Positions 18,074 to 28,300 of a stretch of 64,000 nucleotides of DNA are shown piece by piece; the stretch's first letter is position 1; every line of letters starts with the position of its first letter. The notes below the pieces were generated by a model. It ran no database searches. It had not been told where the DNA came from and saw nothing but the letters and a program-made list of their open reading frames with translations. Source of the stretch: a virus (lineage: Duplodnaviria > Caudoviricetes); the IMG/VR virus record IMGVR_UViG_3300008262_000001; one strand, written 5' to 3'. The position numbers and the translations under genes are program-made.

Positions 18074-19699
18074 TTATTTTCCAAATATATCGCTCTTGAT
18101 GCTTCCTATATCTTCCTGCAAAATCGAAGAAGCATTTTCTACAAGATCATTAAAGTTCGGATCATTCTCTTTAGGATTTAAAGGAGAAGGATCAGAAGCA
18201 ATTCCAGGATTGAGTGACCATTGCTTTTTGCCTAAAAGCAAAGTTTGGTGCATTCCATCTTTTTTATTGTATTCAATAGTGAAACCAAGTACAACATAAT
18301 TTCCTGACAAAAAAGTATTCGGTACTCTTTTATCTGGTGGTGGTGCTAATGAGGTTCCGTCACCACCTGCGGCAGTGTATTTTGAATCTCCGGAAATAGT
18401 GCTACTTCCCTCTTGAACTATATTAACAGGAAACGTTTGTCCTCTATAAATAAATGGTGTCCAAGCTCTGTTCTTAACCTTAAGAAGAATTTTATAACTA
18501 TCGTTCCTATTTAAGATATTCTGAACTTGTGCTTGCTGAAAATTTTCATGAACATTATCGAAATAAATTGTTCCAGCGTAAGTGTTTTTAACTTCCTCTT
18601 TATAAAGAGATTCACCTAGTCTTCCTTTGTTCAAAGCGTCTCTTGCCCCTAAATCTCTATTTGTAACAGACTCAATTTTATAGCTAACGAACTTATTTTT
18701 GGGTTTGTCAGATGTCAGATTGGAGTCGTAAAATTGAAGATTTTGAAAATATCCTATATCATTATTAATTTGTCCAGCATTGTGCTGTAATGACATTGCT
18801 GTGATAAATAAAGGGGATTTACTATAGCTCGTTTGGTTTGTTAATAGAATCGGAAACTCAACCTCAGCAGTTTCTGCACCAGGCGCTAAATCTGGAGTGT
18901 AGTCCGCTCCATAAGCCATTCTTATCGTTTCGATTGTGGAATTTTGTTCATCAAACTGTTTTTTTAAATTAACAAGATTCAAGTTGTAATATTGATCAAT
19001 CCAACAATCAAAATAATCTTGTTCTCCTAACCAAGAACTATTGACAATGTGTTTTATTGCGTTTTCGTATTCAGTACTTGGAGAAATCCAAGTCATCGAA
19101 TCATTTGTTTTTGGTTCATTAGAAGCGTATCCTAGATTTAATTCTTCAGCCATTTTAATTAAAACATCAGAACTTGTTCCTTTGTAAGCTGCAGAATTAT
19201 GCCTATATAATTTAGGAATTCTAACTTCGCCCTTGACTGTATAAGTTTGGAATCTTCCAGTAGAGGGTTCAAAGTTATTTTCATCACTCACTGTGTTAGC
19301 TCTAGAAAAAGGGGAAATGACCTCAGTCACAATGAAGTCCATTCTTATAGGCTTAAACATTTCACCTAAAGCCCTGATATAAATTGAAAATATGTCGCCA
19401 TCCTTAGGAAAGGATGTGAAAATAAATCTCTCGTCGATCGTTTGAAATCTGAATATTGCGGTGGGTTTGAATCCTGTCATATCCAATTGAAAATATGATA
19501 GTCCCTTTACAATAACACTATTAATCCGGATCAGTGGCTCTGCCATACCGAACCACTTCTTCTGGATATTATTTGATTTTTCATCATTTACTTGAGTGTT
19601 GCCCTCTTGCGATGAAGTATCAAGCACAGAAAGTTCGTCCAGAAATATATCAGGATTGCGATATTGGAGAATTGCTTTTCTTACATTAAATTCTGCCAT
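18074..19699 (-). CDS. Baseplate hub protein (gp27/late-control-D-like)
   Basis: 541 aa upstream of the spike gene. PKDGDIFSIYIRA...PIRMDFIVTEV, DVLIKMAEELNLGYASNE...MTWI and YFDCWIDQYYNLNLVN fit hub proteins; supported by synteny. Confidence 0.65.
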   Translation of the reverse strand: MAEFNVRKAILQYRNPDIFLDELSVLDTSSQEGNTQVNDEKSNNIQKKWFGMAEPLIRINSVIVKGLSYFQLDMTGFKPTAIFRFQTIDERFIFTSFPKDGDIFSIYIRALGEMFKPIRMDFIVTEVISPFSRANTVSDENNFEPSTGRFQTYTVKGEVRIPKLYRHNSAAYKGTSSDVLIKMAEELNLGYASNEPKTNDSMTWISPSTEYENAIKHIVNSSWLGEQDYFDCWIDQYYNLNLVNLKKQFDEQNSTIETIRMAYGADYTPDLAPGAETAEVEFPILLTNQTSYSKSPLFITAMSLQHNAGQINNDIGYFQNLQFYDSNLTSDKPKNKFVSYKIESVTNRDLGARDALNKGRLGESLYKEEVKNTYAGTIYFDNVHENFQQAQVQNILNRNDSYKILLKVKNRAWTPFIYRGQTFPVNIVQEGSSTISGDSKYTAAGGDGTSLAPPPDKRVPNTFLSGNYVVLGFTIEYNKKDGMHQTLLLGKKQWSLNPGIASDPSPLNPKENDPNFNDLVENASSILQEDIGSIKSDIFGK

Positions 19700-19704
19700 A
19701 AGTT

Positions 19705-20310
19705 TTATCTTCTAAAAATGTTTTTCTGTGCAAGTTTCGTTTTAATATCAGTAACAGATACGTTTTTCTTCGCTTTAGTTTTACATTGACCTATATCTGG
19801 ACCAAATAAAAGTTTTCCATCAGCAACTAGTATTTGTTGTTGACCCTCTTGTAATAAATTAGTCGGAAGTGGAACATCAGCTAAATTCGAAATATTCTTT
19901 GAATTAAGGTATTCCAGTCTTTCTTGACTAACTTGTGAAATCTTCTCTTGTAGCTCCTTTCTGAAAGATTTAGCTTTTTGTTTTTGGTTAGTAACTGCTC
20001 TACCACTATTGAAAAGATCCCTTACCATTGTTTCCCCAGGAACAGCTAGGATTTCTCCAGATTTCACTGTAAGTGGATTAGAGATATTATTAAGTTTTAA
20101 TAAGCTTCCTAATTCTGCAGAATTTCCCATATATGAGAGAGCAACTAAGTCAGCTCTCATTTCCGTTTCCTCTGTTACTATTGCAAGTGTTCGCAGAGAG
20201 TATCTGATATTTTTGGGATCCCATGATGGTGTCAAAAGATCCACAGATTGAACCTTAGTTTTTGGATTAACAAAAAAAGGTTTAGAGTCTATTATATCAA
20301 TTGAAAGCAT
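19705..20310 (-). CDS. Baseplate protein with LysM-like domain (gp53/P2 gpX-like)
   Basis: EMRADLVALSYMGNSAELGSLLKLNNISNPLTVKSGEILAVP is the gp53/LysM pattern. Confidence 0.7.
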   Translation of the reverse strand: MLSIDIIDSKPFFVNPKTKVQSVDLLTPSWDPKNIRYSLRTLAIVTEETEMRADLVALSYMGNSAELGSLLKLNNISNPLTVKSGEILAVPGETMVRDLFNSGRAVTNQKQKAKSFRKELQEKISQVSQERLEYLNSKNISNLADVPLPTNLLQEGQQQILVADGKLLFGPDIGQCKTKAKKNVSVTDIKTKLAQKNIFRR

Positions 20311-20320
20311 ATTGTGTTAT

Positions 20321-22174
20321 TTAGTTGCTGGTATTCCCCAGATTGTTATTTGGTGCCCCTTGCAAGATCAAATTGTCTAGGCTTTGTTCATTTACTCTTA
20401 ATCCTGAAGTATTAATGTAAGCCTCTGTAGTTTCTGTGCTTTCAACCAATTGGCCTAAGTATAATCTACCATTACCTCTATTGAACATAGATTCCCAATC
20501 TCCTCTGTGTCTTTGTCTTCCTGGAGAAAGAGTGAAAGATGCTGTTAGTTCTGTTGGAAAATCATCTGGACCTAGATCATCTCCAAAATTGATTTTAACA
20601 TTTGTGCAAACTAAGTTTCCTATCATTGCGATAGGATTCAATGGATTTCCAACAACTAAATGCCATTCACCAACTGGGTATCCACTAAGCATTATGGGTT
20701 GATAATAAACTTTTCTTAAGAACAAATCACTTAGCATTACTGCTATAGAGTTATAGAACTTGCCATCTTTTGGAATACCTTTACTTGGATCTGCGATAAA
20801 CTGTTTGATTTCGTTTGTTGCCTGTTCTATATCACTTTTTAATGATCCCTCAGCAGAAGCTATATTATTGACATTTTGCTCAGAAAGAATATTCGAAACT
20901 TGGTCTTTGATGTATCCAATCGGATCAACAATAGATTTAGCGTATCCTTTTGCGCCTCCAGGGAAACCTAGACCTACACTAGTTTGTTCTAATCGAAGTT
21001 CAGGAGATAGGAATTGTCCGTAATCTGTTCCAATCGACAATAGATTCGTCATTAAATCAAGGAAAAGTAATTTAGAATTTACTGTTCCTACTGATGTTAA
21101 ATTATAATCAAACGTCAAAGTGAAAGACGATTGTTCATCACCACCAGTAAATCCCTGCTTTCTCGTCATCATTTTGTTGACTGTATTGACATTAACAAAA
21201 ATCTTCTTCGAAAGTGGACCATCACCTGATGTGGCTCCATCTAATAGCTTTCTCCTTAGCGCATTTATATTTTTTTGTGGTGACGTAAATGTACCAAGTA
21301 ATTTGTCAAGTCCTTCAACGTCTAAATTATTATTACCACTAGATATGAAGGATTTTATTAGGTCTCCAAAAGGTGAATTCATCAAACCAGGGTCACCAGT
21401 TTGCTCATTTTTTAGAGGCTCTTGTGTGTCATAGCTAAAATTAAGACCTGTGCTTATTCCGAGTATAGGAGTAAGATTATTTCCAGTGCCTTCACCAAAA
21501 TATGTGACTGCCTGTGCAACAGGAAGCGTTGTATTTTCTGAAGCATTGCGATCTTCCAATCGGTCTCTTAAACCACCAATACTAGCTTCTTCCACTGTAA
21601 CTTTCCCATTTGCAAGTTTAATACTTGCTGGTTTGGGTGGTAAAATTCTCAAAGAATCCAAAGTGGGATATGGGAATCTTCTCAGAGTAAGCATTCTATT
21701 GTTTGGAATTATTCCGTAGTGCTTACAAAAAATAAAATCTTTCACGTTATAAACCTGTCCTCGGTATGGACTGTTTGGATCCATAAAAGCAGGTACAGAA
21801 CCTGATGTTGATGTACCTGATACTGTGTCAATAATCATTTTAGCAGTCGGATTTCTTGACACTCTCGGGGTTATCTCTTGGAGGTACTCAGTAGTTTCAG
21901 AAAGATCGTATCTTACCTTTTTACCTTGTGTATTTTTTCCAAGAACATAATATGCAAAAAGACCAGAATAGACTCCATCAGAAGTTGCAGCATCATAAAA
22001 TAAGCTTTTGGGAAGATCATTAAGTTCACTTAACTCATAAGTAGCAAAAGTTTTATCTGCTGCTGAAACATAAATACCAGTAGCGAACCTCTGTACTGTA
22101 GGATCTGCTACACTTCCTCCAGAGGATGCACCACTGATCCCATTTTTGATTGAATCTGTATTAGGAACTCCCAT
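20321..22174 (-). CDS. Tail tube initiator/baseplate-tube cap-like protein (gp48/gp54-like)
   Basis: C-terminal WHLVVGNPLNPIAMIGNLVCTNVKINF...DDFPTELTASFTLSPGR resembles tube-initiator folds; first gene of the baseplate operon. Confidence 0.55.
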   Translation of the reverse strand: MGVPNTDSIKNGISGASSGGSVADPTVQRFATGIYVSAADKTFATYELSELNDLPKSLFYDAATSDGVYSGLFAYYVLGKNTQGKKVRYDLSETTEYLQEITPRVSRNPTAKMIIDTVSGTSTSGSVPAFMDPNSPYRGQVYNVKDFIFCKHYGIIPNNRMLTLRRFPYPTLDSLRILPPKPASIKLANGKVTVEEASIGGLRDRLEDRNASENTTLPVAQAVTYFGEGTGNNLTPILGISTGLNFSYDTQEPLKNEQTGDPGLMNSPFGDLIKSFISSGNNNLDVEGLDKLLGTFTSPQKNINALRRKLLDGATSGDGPLSKKIFVNVNTVNKMMTRKQGFTGGDEQSSFTLTFDYNLTSVGTVNSKLLFLDLMTNLLSIGTDYGQFLSPELRLEQTSVGLGFPGGAKGYAKSIVDPIGYIKDQVSNILSEQNVNNIASAEGSLKSDIEQATNEIKQFIADPSKGIPKDGKFYNSIAVMLSDLFLRKVYYQPIMLSGYPVGEWHLVVGNPLNPIAMIGNLVCTNVKINFGDDLGPDDFPTELTASFTLSPGRQRHRGDWESMFNRGNGRLYLGQLVESTETTEAYINTSGLRVNEQSLDNLILQGAPNNNLGNTSN

Positions 22175-22178
22175 ACTG

Positions 22179-22186
22179 TATATACC
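22179..22186 (-). promoter_or_regulatory. GGTATATA variant upstream of the baseplate operon
   Basis: 4 nt upstream of ATG 22174. Confidence 0.45.
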
Positions 22187-22194
22187 CCGATTGG

Positions 22195-22518
22195 TTATTC
22201 CGTTATTAAAACTACCTCACAAAATTCACATTCGAAAATCGTGGATATTTTTTGTTTTAATAAGGAAACAAAAGGGTCAGTGGGAGAATCGTAAACAACA
22301 ACTAAAGAGCAACCAGAAGAAACCTTAGATTTTGAGCTTAATATTTTTTTATGAAGCCATTCTTCAAAAATGTATTGCCTTATTTCATTCATGCTAGAAG
22401 GAGACAAGTTGTTTTGCTTAAACCAAGAATTTACATCAATCGGATAAACATCACAGCTTTGCAATTGGACAGTTTTGACTTTGTCCGCTTTAGTGACTAT
22501 AAATGATTTAGACAGCAC
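22195..22518 (-). CDS. Hypothetical protein
   Basis: 107-aa ORF packed in operon orientation. Confidence 0.55.
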   Translation of the reverse strand: MLSKSFIVTKADKVKTVQLQSCDVYPIDVNSWFKQNNLSPSSMNEIRQYIFEEWLHKKILSSKSKVSSGCSLVVVYDSPTDPFVSLLKQKISTIFECEFCEVVLITE

Positions 22519-22527
22519 TAGAAAAAA

Positions 22528-22692
22528 TTAATCTGTTTTTTTATTAAGATTCCTTTGCTCAGTTAAATTTCTCAAATGAATTAACTTACCAAGTGATCCA
22601 GATGAGCCGGATGTTTTTTTGTTGTTTTCTTTCTTCAGAAGACCCATCTCTTTGGCGAGTTTTCTTCTTTCCTTTCTATTAGGTAAGTTCAT
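22528..22692 (-). CDS. Small basic hypothetical protein
   Basis: Likely start ATG 22692 (MNLPNRKERRKLAKEMG...), overlapping the end of the Nudix gene. Confidence 0.5.
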   Translation of the reverse strand: MNLPNRKERRKLAKEMGLLKKENNKKTSGSSGSLGKLIHLRNLTEQRNLNKKTD

Positions 22693-23239
22693 TTTCCTTT
22701 GTTGTTTTATTGAAAAGATTTTTGAATGTTTTGATGAATAGTGTGCTAACCAAAGAATCCTCAAGATCTAATGCCTCATCCACAGAAATTAGTTCAAACT
22801 TTGAATCTTTCTCTGAACTAGATCCATCAGTGGTTTTTTCTTCAGAAACTAATCCCGTTATATTGACTGCAAAACAAGGATTAGAATTAAGGACTAATTT
22901 TGATGTGTATAATGTACCTAAGAAATTCCATCTTTTAAGATCGTCAACAGAAAAACCAGATTCTTCCATGAGCTCTCTTACTGCAGTTTGAAATATATTT
23001 TTGTCATCATCATCTTGCGATCCTGTGATCAACGTCTTAGCCATTCCTCCAGGTCTTTGATCTAAGACCTCACTTAGAACTCCGATTTGATCAGGAACGC
23101 CATCTTTGTCCAAGGTATAAGGCATAATGATAACACCAGGATTTATCTGTCTGATGAAAATTTTACCGTCTATCTCTACACTTTCGGTGTTTTTAGTCTT
23201 CCGAAGGGAGATCGTTTCCGCTTTTTCGAATATTTGCAT
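22679..23239 (-). CDS. Nudix hydrolase
   Basis: Nudix box GSQDDDDKNIFQTAVRELMEESGF. Confidence 0.85.
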   Translation of the reverse strand: MQIFEKAETISLRKTKNTESVEIDGKIFIRQINPGVIIMPYTLDKDGVPDQIGVLSEVLDQRPGGMAKTLITGSQDDDDKNIFQTAVRELMEESGFSVDDLKRWNFLGTLYTSKLVLNSNPCFAVNITGLVSEEKTTDGSSSEKDSKFELISVDEALDLEDSLVSTLFIKTFKNLFNKTTKENELT

Positions 23240-23795
23240 GGTTACCTTTATATATCTCTCGAATATTCTGTCTTAAACTGTCCTTAATGATCTCAATATC
23301 TAAATCATTAACAACAAATTCAATGATTTCTTTATCCGCATCCTCAAAAGACGTAGTGAGGATATTATAAAGGCTTTTAGTTGGAAGATTCAATTTGAGC
23401 TTAATCCCAACCTCTACCCAGTTAGGTTTTTGCTTCTCTAATAATGAAGTAATTGGATTTGAAGAAACAGTTACCACTGACGGTGTTTCAACCACCATGA
23501 CATTTCTTGCTCCAAGCGGTTTGGTTGAATTGATCGTGGGAGTGGTAGATTGTGGTAAAGAATTTAGTGTTTGCGCGGGAACAGGATCTATTTGAATCAT
23601 ATAATCATTCAAAAGAGCGTAGTTGATGCGAGTACCGTCTTTGAAATTGACCCAAATAACACCACTAGTTGGATCTTTGAACACGTCACTATATTCACAA
23701 ACAGTTCCATTATTGTCACCTTTGGTCCATTTATAAGCAAAGGGGCTCAATTCTTTATCAAGATGCTCAACATCAATTTCTTCTATATTTTCCAT
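23193..23795 (-). CDS. Hypothetical protein
   Basis: About 200 aa; likely start MENIEEIDV at 23795, directly after the stop of the upstream gene. Confidence 0.6.
   Translation of the reverse strand: MENIEEIDVEHLDKELSPFAYKWTKGDNNGTVCEYSDVFKDPTSGVIWVNFKDGTRINYALLNDYMIQIDPVPAQTLNSLPQSTTPTINSTKPLGARNVMVVETPSVVTVSSNPITSLLEKQKPNWVEVGIKLKLNLPTKSLYNILTTSFEDADKEIIEFVVNDLDIEIIKDSLRQNIREIYKGNHANIRKSGNDLPSED
23249..23256 (-). promoter_or_regulatory. GATATATA upstream of the Nudix gene
   Basis: 9 nt upstream of ATG 23239. Confidence 0.55.
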
Positions 23796-23796
23796 C

Positions 23797-24108
23797 TTAG
23801 GATTTTTTCTTATTATTTTTTTCAGAAGATTCCACATCCTCAATTATTTTTGTTTCAGTGTATCCATTAGCTCTTAAATACTCTATCCATGTAGGTAAGT
23901 CTTTTTGAGTTATCCAAGTATTTTTGTAGGTTTTGCCTCCAGAAATGCTGTTGATTACAAGTATATTATCCATCACTGGATCTTTATGCCTTGATATTTC
24001 TAATTTGGCTTTGCCAGTTGCCTTTGATAATACCATCTTATGACCTGATGTTATTTCCATAACTTTTATATTATAGATTACTTCTAGATTTTTGATTCGA
24101 GAATCCAA
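23797..24108 (-). CDS. Hypothetical protein
   Basis: 103-aa ORF in operon orientation; the true start may be the second Met. Confidence 0.55.
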   Translation of the reverse strand: MDSRIKNLEVIYNIKVMEITSGHKMVLSKATGKAKLEISRHKDPVMDNILVINSISGGKTYKNTWITQKDLPTWIEYLRANGYTETKIIEDVESSEKNNKKKS

Positions 24109-24120
24109 GAAAAAGAAGTT

Positions 24121-24828
24121 CTAAAGTAGTCCCCATTTTTCTAAGAATATTGGCTGAGATCCCGTCGTTAGCCTAAACATCTCAGTGTTATCAGATACAA
24201 CAGCCTCTGTTGTTTTACCTATGTTTTTGTCGTGATGTATAACTATGGAGTCAGTAACGAGTGCGTGTTTGAGTCCTTGTTGCATCAATGTCATCGCATA
24301 ATCATTATCGCAAAACCAGTGAAAAAATCTTTCATCCAAGTCACCAATGATATCATAAATTTCTCTTTTATGGACGATACACCATCCGGATAATTCCTTT
24401 CTAATATTGTGACCAAATCTAATTCCAGAGTGAGGATAGATTCCATACATAACTTGTGTCATTGGACAAATGGGAGAGAAAGAAATAACATCTGGATTTT
24501 TTTCGTGGCAATCAAGAATTGTAGAAAACCAGTTTTTTGTAAATTCTAAATCATTATTGCACAAGGCTACCCATTCAGAGGATCCGCTTTTTCTACCAAA
24601 ATTTAAGAATTTGTGATATCCATAAGGTAGAGGTGCAGATAAAGTTTGGATGTTGCAATTTTTATAGTTCCAAGTTACCCCTTCTTGTGATTCCACAACT
24701 ATTACATTGAAAATCTCTGAAGAGTTTTCTTCGGAGGAAAACAAAGTTTCTATACAGCGAGAAGTAAGAGATTTACAATAATCATCCTTAGCATAACTTA
24801 CAATTACAATATCGATTTTACTGTCCAC
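24121..24828 (-). CDS. Glycosyltransferase family 2
   Basis: IDIVIVSY, VIVVES, WVALCNNDLEF (DxD-like), IGDLDERFFHWFCDNDY. Confidence 0.85.
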   Translation of the reverse strand: MDSKIDIVIVSYAKDDYCKSLTSRCIETLFSSEENSSEIFNVIVVESQEGVTWNYKNCNIQTLSAPLPYGYHKFLNFGRKSGSSEWVALCNNDLEFTKNWFSTILDCHEKNPDVISFSPICPMTQVMYGIYPHSGIRFGHNIRKELSGWCIVHKREIYDIIGDLDERFFHWFCDNDYAMTLMQQGLKHALVTDSIVIHHDKNIGKTTEAVVSDNTEMFRLTTGSQPIFLEKWGLL

Positions 24829-24875
24829 TTACAAATCAGATTATAAAAACTTTAGAAGTTTTAAGGAGTAAAGTT

Positions 24876-25463
24876 TCAGGATCGGATTTTCGACTTTTCT
24901 CCAAGATATCCTCCATGGTGACGTTTAAAATAATCACAAGTGGTAAATTTTTTAGAACTCATGAGTTCAACTACTATTAAATCAGAAATTACCGACATGC
25001 AAGTAGTCGAAGTTGTTGGAGTTAATCCTAATGGACATATCTCATCAACAACCCCGAATTCAAAAACATCAGAACATTTTGTGTTTAGATACGGATTACT
25101 TTGTCCAGTTATTACAAAAATATGATTTCTGTTTCCGAGTTCGTGTACTAAAGAAATTAACTCTTGTATTTCTCTAGTTTTTCCAGAGTTTGTGAACATG
25201 ATAAGGACATCATTGGGCTGGATTACTCCGAGATCTCCGTGTTGTGCTTCTGAAGGGTGTAGAAAGACAGACGGAGTTCCTGTAGAAGATAGAGTTGTTG
25301 CTAATGTGTTAGAAATTTGTCCAGCTTTTCCCATTCCTGATGTAATTATCTTACTCTCTGGTACGAGCTGCCTTTTGATAGATTCGATGAATTCTGCAAG
25401 TCTATCGACTGGAATCCTTGAGATAGCAGATATTTCTTGCTTCAGTAGGGACTTAAGGTTCAT
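24876..25463 (-). CDS. kdsD: SIS-domain sugar-phosphate isomerase, KdsD/KpsF/GutQ (arabinose-5-phosphate isomerase)-like, no CBS domains
   Basis: TSGMGKAG, STGTPSVFLHPSEAQHGDLG, NSGKTREI, CPLGLTPTTST, HHGGYLG. Confidence 0.85.
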   Translation of the reverse strand: MNLKSLLKQEISAISRIPVDRLAEFIESIKRQLVPESKIITSGMGKAGQISNTLATTLSSTGTPSVFLHPSEAQHGDLGVIQPNDVLIMFTNSGKTREIQELISLVHELGNRNHIFVITGQSNPYLNTKCSDVFEFGVVDEICPLGLTPTTSTTCMSVISDLIVVELMSSKKFTTCDYFKRHHGGYLGEKSKIRS

Positions 25464-26471
25464 TTATTTAATTCTCTCGTTTACCATTTCTCTCAGAATT
25501 TCATCGAGAGACATTGAATATGTCCATCCTAGTTTTTCTTTTGCCTTTGTTGCATCTCCGATGAGCAAATCAACTTCAGATGGTCTAAAATATTTAGGAT
25601 CCACTTTAACCATAATTTCTCCTGTTTCTTTGTTTTTTCCAACTTCGTTTATTCCTGTGCCTTCCCATTCAATGTCAACATTTAGAATTCTTGCTGTAGT
25701 TTCAACAATAGATCGGATTGTATGTGTTTTACCTGTCGCAAGTACAAAATCTTCAGGTTGGTCTTGCTGCAACATTCTCCACATACCTTCTACGTATTCT
25801 TTTGCGTGACCTATATCCCTTTGTGATTCTAAATTTCCTAAAGAGAAACAATCAGTTTTTTTGTGGTACAGGATATCAACCAAGGAGTCAACTATTTTCT
25901 TCTCGACGAAATTTTCACCTCTCCTTGGAGACGTGTGATTGAAAAGAATTCCGTTACAAGCAAAAAGGTTATAAGCCTCTCTGTAATTTTTAATTATCCA
26001 AAATCCATAAAGCTTAGCTACACCATAAGGACTTCTAGGATAAAAAGGTGTTGTTTCTTTCTGAGGAATCTCTTGAACTTTGCCATAAAGTTCGGAGGTT
26101 GAAGCTTGGTACAGTTTGGTTTTTGGTGAGTGAGATCTGATAGCATCAAGTACATTCAAAGTACCTATTGCATCTACCTGACCTGTATAATACGGGATTT
26201 CGAAAGAAATCTTAACATGACTTTGTGCAGCTAAATTATAAAATTCATCAGGTTTGATCTCAGAAATTAATGTGCTTATAGAGACGGGATCAGTCACATC
26301 AGCGTAGTGCCAATAGAAATTGGGTTTATTTCGTAAGTGATCTATTCGTCTTGTGTTGAAAGAAGAAGATCTCCTAATTATTCCATGAACCTCGTAACCT
26401 TTTTCCAACAAAAGCTCTGCAAGGTAAGATCCATCCTGGCCATTGATTCCAGTTATTATAGACTTTTTCAC
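25464..26471 (-). CDS. gmd: GDP-mannose 4,6-dehydratase
   Basis: [75 protein letters not shown]. Confidence 0.97.
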   Translation of the reverse strand: MKKSIITGINGQDGSYLAELLLEKGYEVHGIIRRSSSFNTRRIDHLRNKPNFYWHYADVTDPVSISTLISEIKPDEFYNLAAQSHVKISFEIPYYTGQVDAIGTLNVLDAIRSHSPKTKLYQASTSELYGKVQEIPQKETTPFYPRSPYGVAKLYGFWIIKNYREAYNLFACNGILFNHTSPRRGENFVEKKIVDSLVDILYHKKTDCFSLGNLESQRDIGHAKEYVEGMWRMLQQDQPEDFVLATGKTHTIRSIVETTARILNVDIEWEGTGINEVGKNKETGEIMVKVDPKYFRPSEVDLLIGDATKAKEKLGWTYSMSLDEILREMVNERIK

Positions 26472-27637
26472 TAGAGAATATTTTTTTCGGAGTTTACTAT
26501 TGATGAAATCAATTTAATCTCATCTATGGTGAGATTTTGGTGGTTTGGTAAATAGAAGCCCTTCTCGTGAATTATATCTGAGTTACCAGTTCCAAACTTT
26601 CTGTTTAGATTTGAAGCAAAAGGTTGTTTTGCCATTGATCCCGCTATAAGGGGTCTGACTTCTATATTTTTAGATTTAATCTTAGTGATTATTGAATCTC
26701 TTTCCGAATGTACCACAGGATAGGCAAAGTTTGAAATAAAATCACCAGGTCTTTGTTTGATATTTAGATGGTTTTCAGATATCAATTCAGAATACATTAA
26801 AAAATTTCTGTTCCTTATATCAGAGAAAGGATCGATTTTTCCAATTTGGTCTATCCCTATGAAAGCCTGCAAATCAGTAGATCTCACATTCAATCCAGGG
26901 AAATAAAATGTGTACATGCTTGTGAATGGATCGACGTTGTACTTTTCTCTGTATTCTTGTTTAAGATCGTCGTCCCAATCCCTGTCCCATCCATGATTTC
27001 TAATTGAAACTAAAAGATCGTGTATTTCCTTATCTTTAGTTGTGATCATCCCACCTTCTATTGTGCTGATATGGTGACCGTAATAGAAAGAAAAAAATGA
27101 CATTAAACCAAAAGAACCTAAGTATTGATTCTGAAACTTAGAACCTAAACTTTCGCAAACATCCTCCAATAAAATAACACCATGTTTTTCACACAACTCA
27201 GTTATTTTTTTCATATCAGGGACTAAGCCCAAGACTGAAACTAATATACAAGCTTCAGGTTTTTCTTCTATGAATATCTGTTCCAGTTTTTCTAAATCTA
27301 ATGATAAATCCTCAAGATTACAGTCACATAAAATAGGTTCAATTCCAAGGACTACTGGACTACTAAGATCAGTCGCCCAGGAAACGGAAGGAACCACAAC
27401 TTTTTTAATATTGTTTTTTATCTTAAGTGCAAGAAGTGATAATAAGATTGCAGATGATCCTGAGTTAATGAAACAACTTTTTAAATCATCTCCAAGGAAA
27501 GACGAAAAATTTTCCTGAAATTTAATTGTCAATGGACCTTTGGTTAGCTGTGGAATATCTTCTTGGGAAAGCCAAGCAACAAGATTTTGGATATCTTGTT
27601 TGGATATCGTATCTGAAACTAATTTTATATCTTTCAT
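26471..27637 (-). CDS. colD: PLP-dependent DegT/DnrJ-family enzyme, ColD-like GDP-4-keto-6-deoxymannose 3-dehydratase
   Basis: [10 protein letters not shown] and [15 protein letters not shown], with His where aminotransferases have the Schiff-base Lys. RNHGWDR lacks the Fe-S Cys motif of RfbH/E1. Adjacent to gmd. Confidence 0.7.
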   Translation of the reverse strand: MKDIKLVSDTISKQDIQNLVAWLSQEDIPQLTKGPLTIKFQENFSSFLGDDLKSCFINSGSSAILLSLLALKIKNNIKKVVVPSVSWATDLSSPVVLGIEPILCDCNLEDLSLDLEKLEQIFIEEKPEACILVSVLGLVPDMKKITELCEKHGVILLEDVCESLGSKFQNQYLGSFGLMSFFSFYYGHHISTIEGGMITTKDKEIHDLLVSIRNHGWDRDWDDDLKQEYREKYNVDPFTSMYTFYFPGLNVRSTDLQAFIGIDQIGKIDPFSDIRNRNFLMYSELISENHLNIKQRPGDFISNFAYPVVHSERDSIITKIKSKNIEVRPLIAGSMAKQPFASNLNRKFGTGNSDIIHEKGFYLPNHQNLTIDEIKLISSIVNSEKNIL

Positions 27638-28284
27638 TCTTTTTCTAGTAATATGCCATAGTCGATGTAATTGTTAGTAATTGACATCTTCCAACCCGGT
27701 AAAGAATATCTTACTAGATCATACCAATCTGTGTGATTACGAACACCTTCGACCATGATTATGTATTTGGTGGAAACTTCCCCCATGTTTCTCATCATTT
27801 TCACAGCCTTTTCAGAATTCAAGTGCATAACAACTGCTTGAGAATAAACAAGTTCTACCTTAGGTAGATCTGACACATCACCAGTTAAATCCCTAACAGA
27901 TACGTTTTTTGGGAATTCTAGGTCGTTTGGGATAAACTCTTTACCAAAATCTATTTGAGATTGCAAATAGTCTGCACCTGATACTTTGGTTTTCGGACAC
28001 AAAGTCATTAGATTTCTTAAATGGTAGCAAGCTCCGCATCCAAATTCAAAAACACTCTTAGGATTTTTTGTGTAAATTAAGGAATATAATTCTTTCCAAT
28101 TCGCAACTAAATTATCATGAAAAACTGGGATTCTATCCACTATTTCATAATTTCTTACAAAAAAATCGAACTTATCATTTTGAACCATCTCTTTGAGCTG
28201 GCCTGAGTATTCCGGTGTGTATTTTTCCCAAACGTACTCGTCATTTTGTTTGTCTAAATGCATGGCTTTATTTAATATATCCAA
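27634..28284 (-). CDS. Class I SAM-dependent methyltransferase
   Basis: SVFEFGCGACYHL motif I, VSGADY, VELVYSQAVVMHL. Confidence 0.8.
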   Translation of the reverse strand: MDILNKAMHLDKQNDEYVWEKYTPEYSGQLKEMVQNDKFDFFVRNYEIVDRIPVFHDNLVANWKELYSLIYTKNPKSVFEFGCGACYHLRNLMTLCPKTKVSGADYLQSQIDFGKEFIPNDLEFPKNVSVRDLTGDVSDLPKVELVYSQAVVMHLNSEKAVKMMRNMGEVSTKYIIMVEGVRNHTDWYDLVRYSLPGWKMSITNNYIDYGILLEKE

Positions 28285-28300
28285 GAAAATCTAGGAAGTT

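Noticed and set aside
1-22174. Bacterial extracellular contractile injection system or T6SS
   Set aside because: A gp23-type capsid, prohead protease and neck protein are in the same window.
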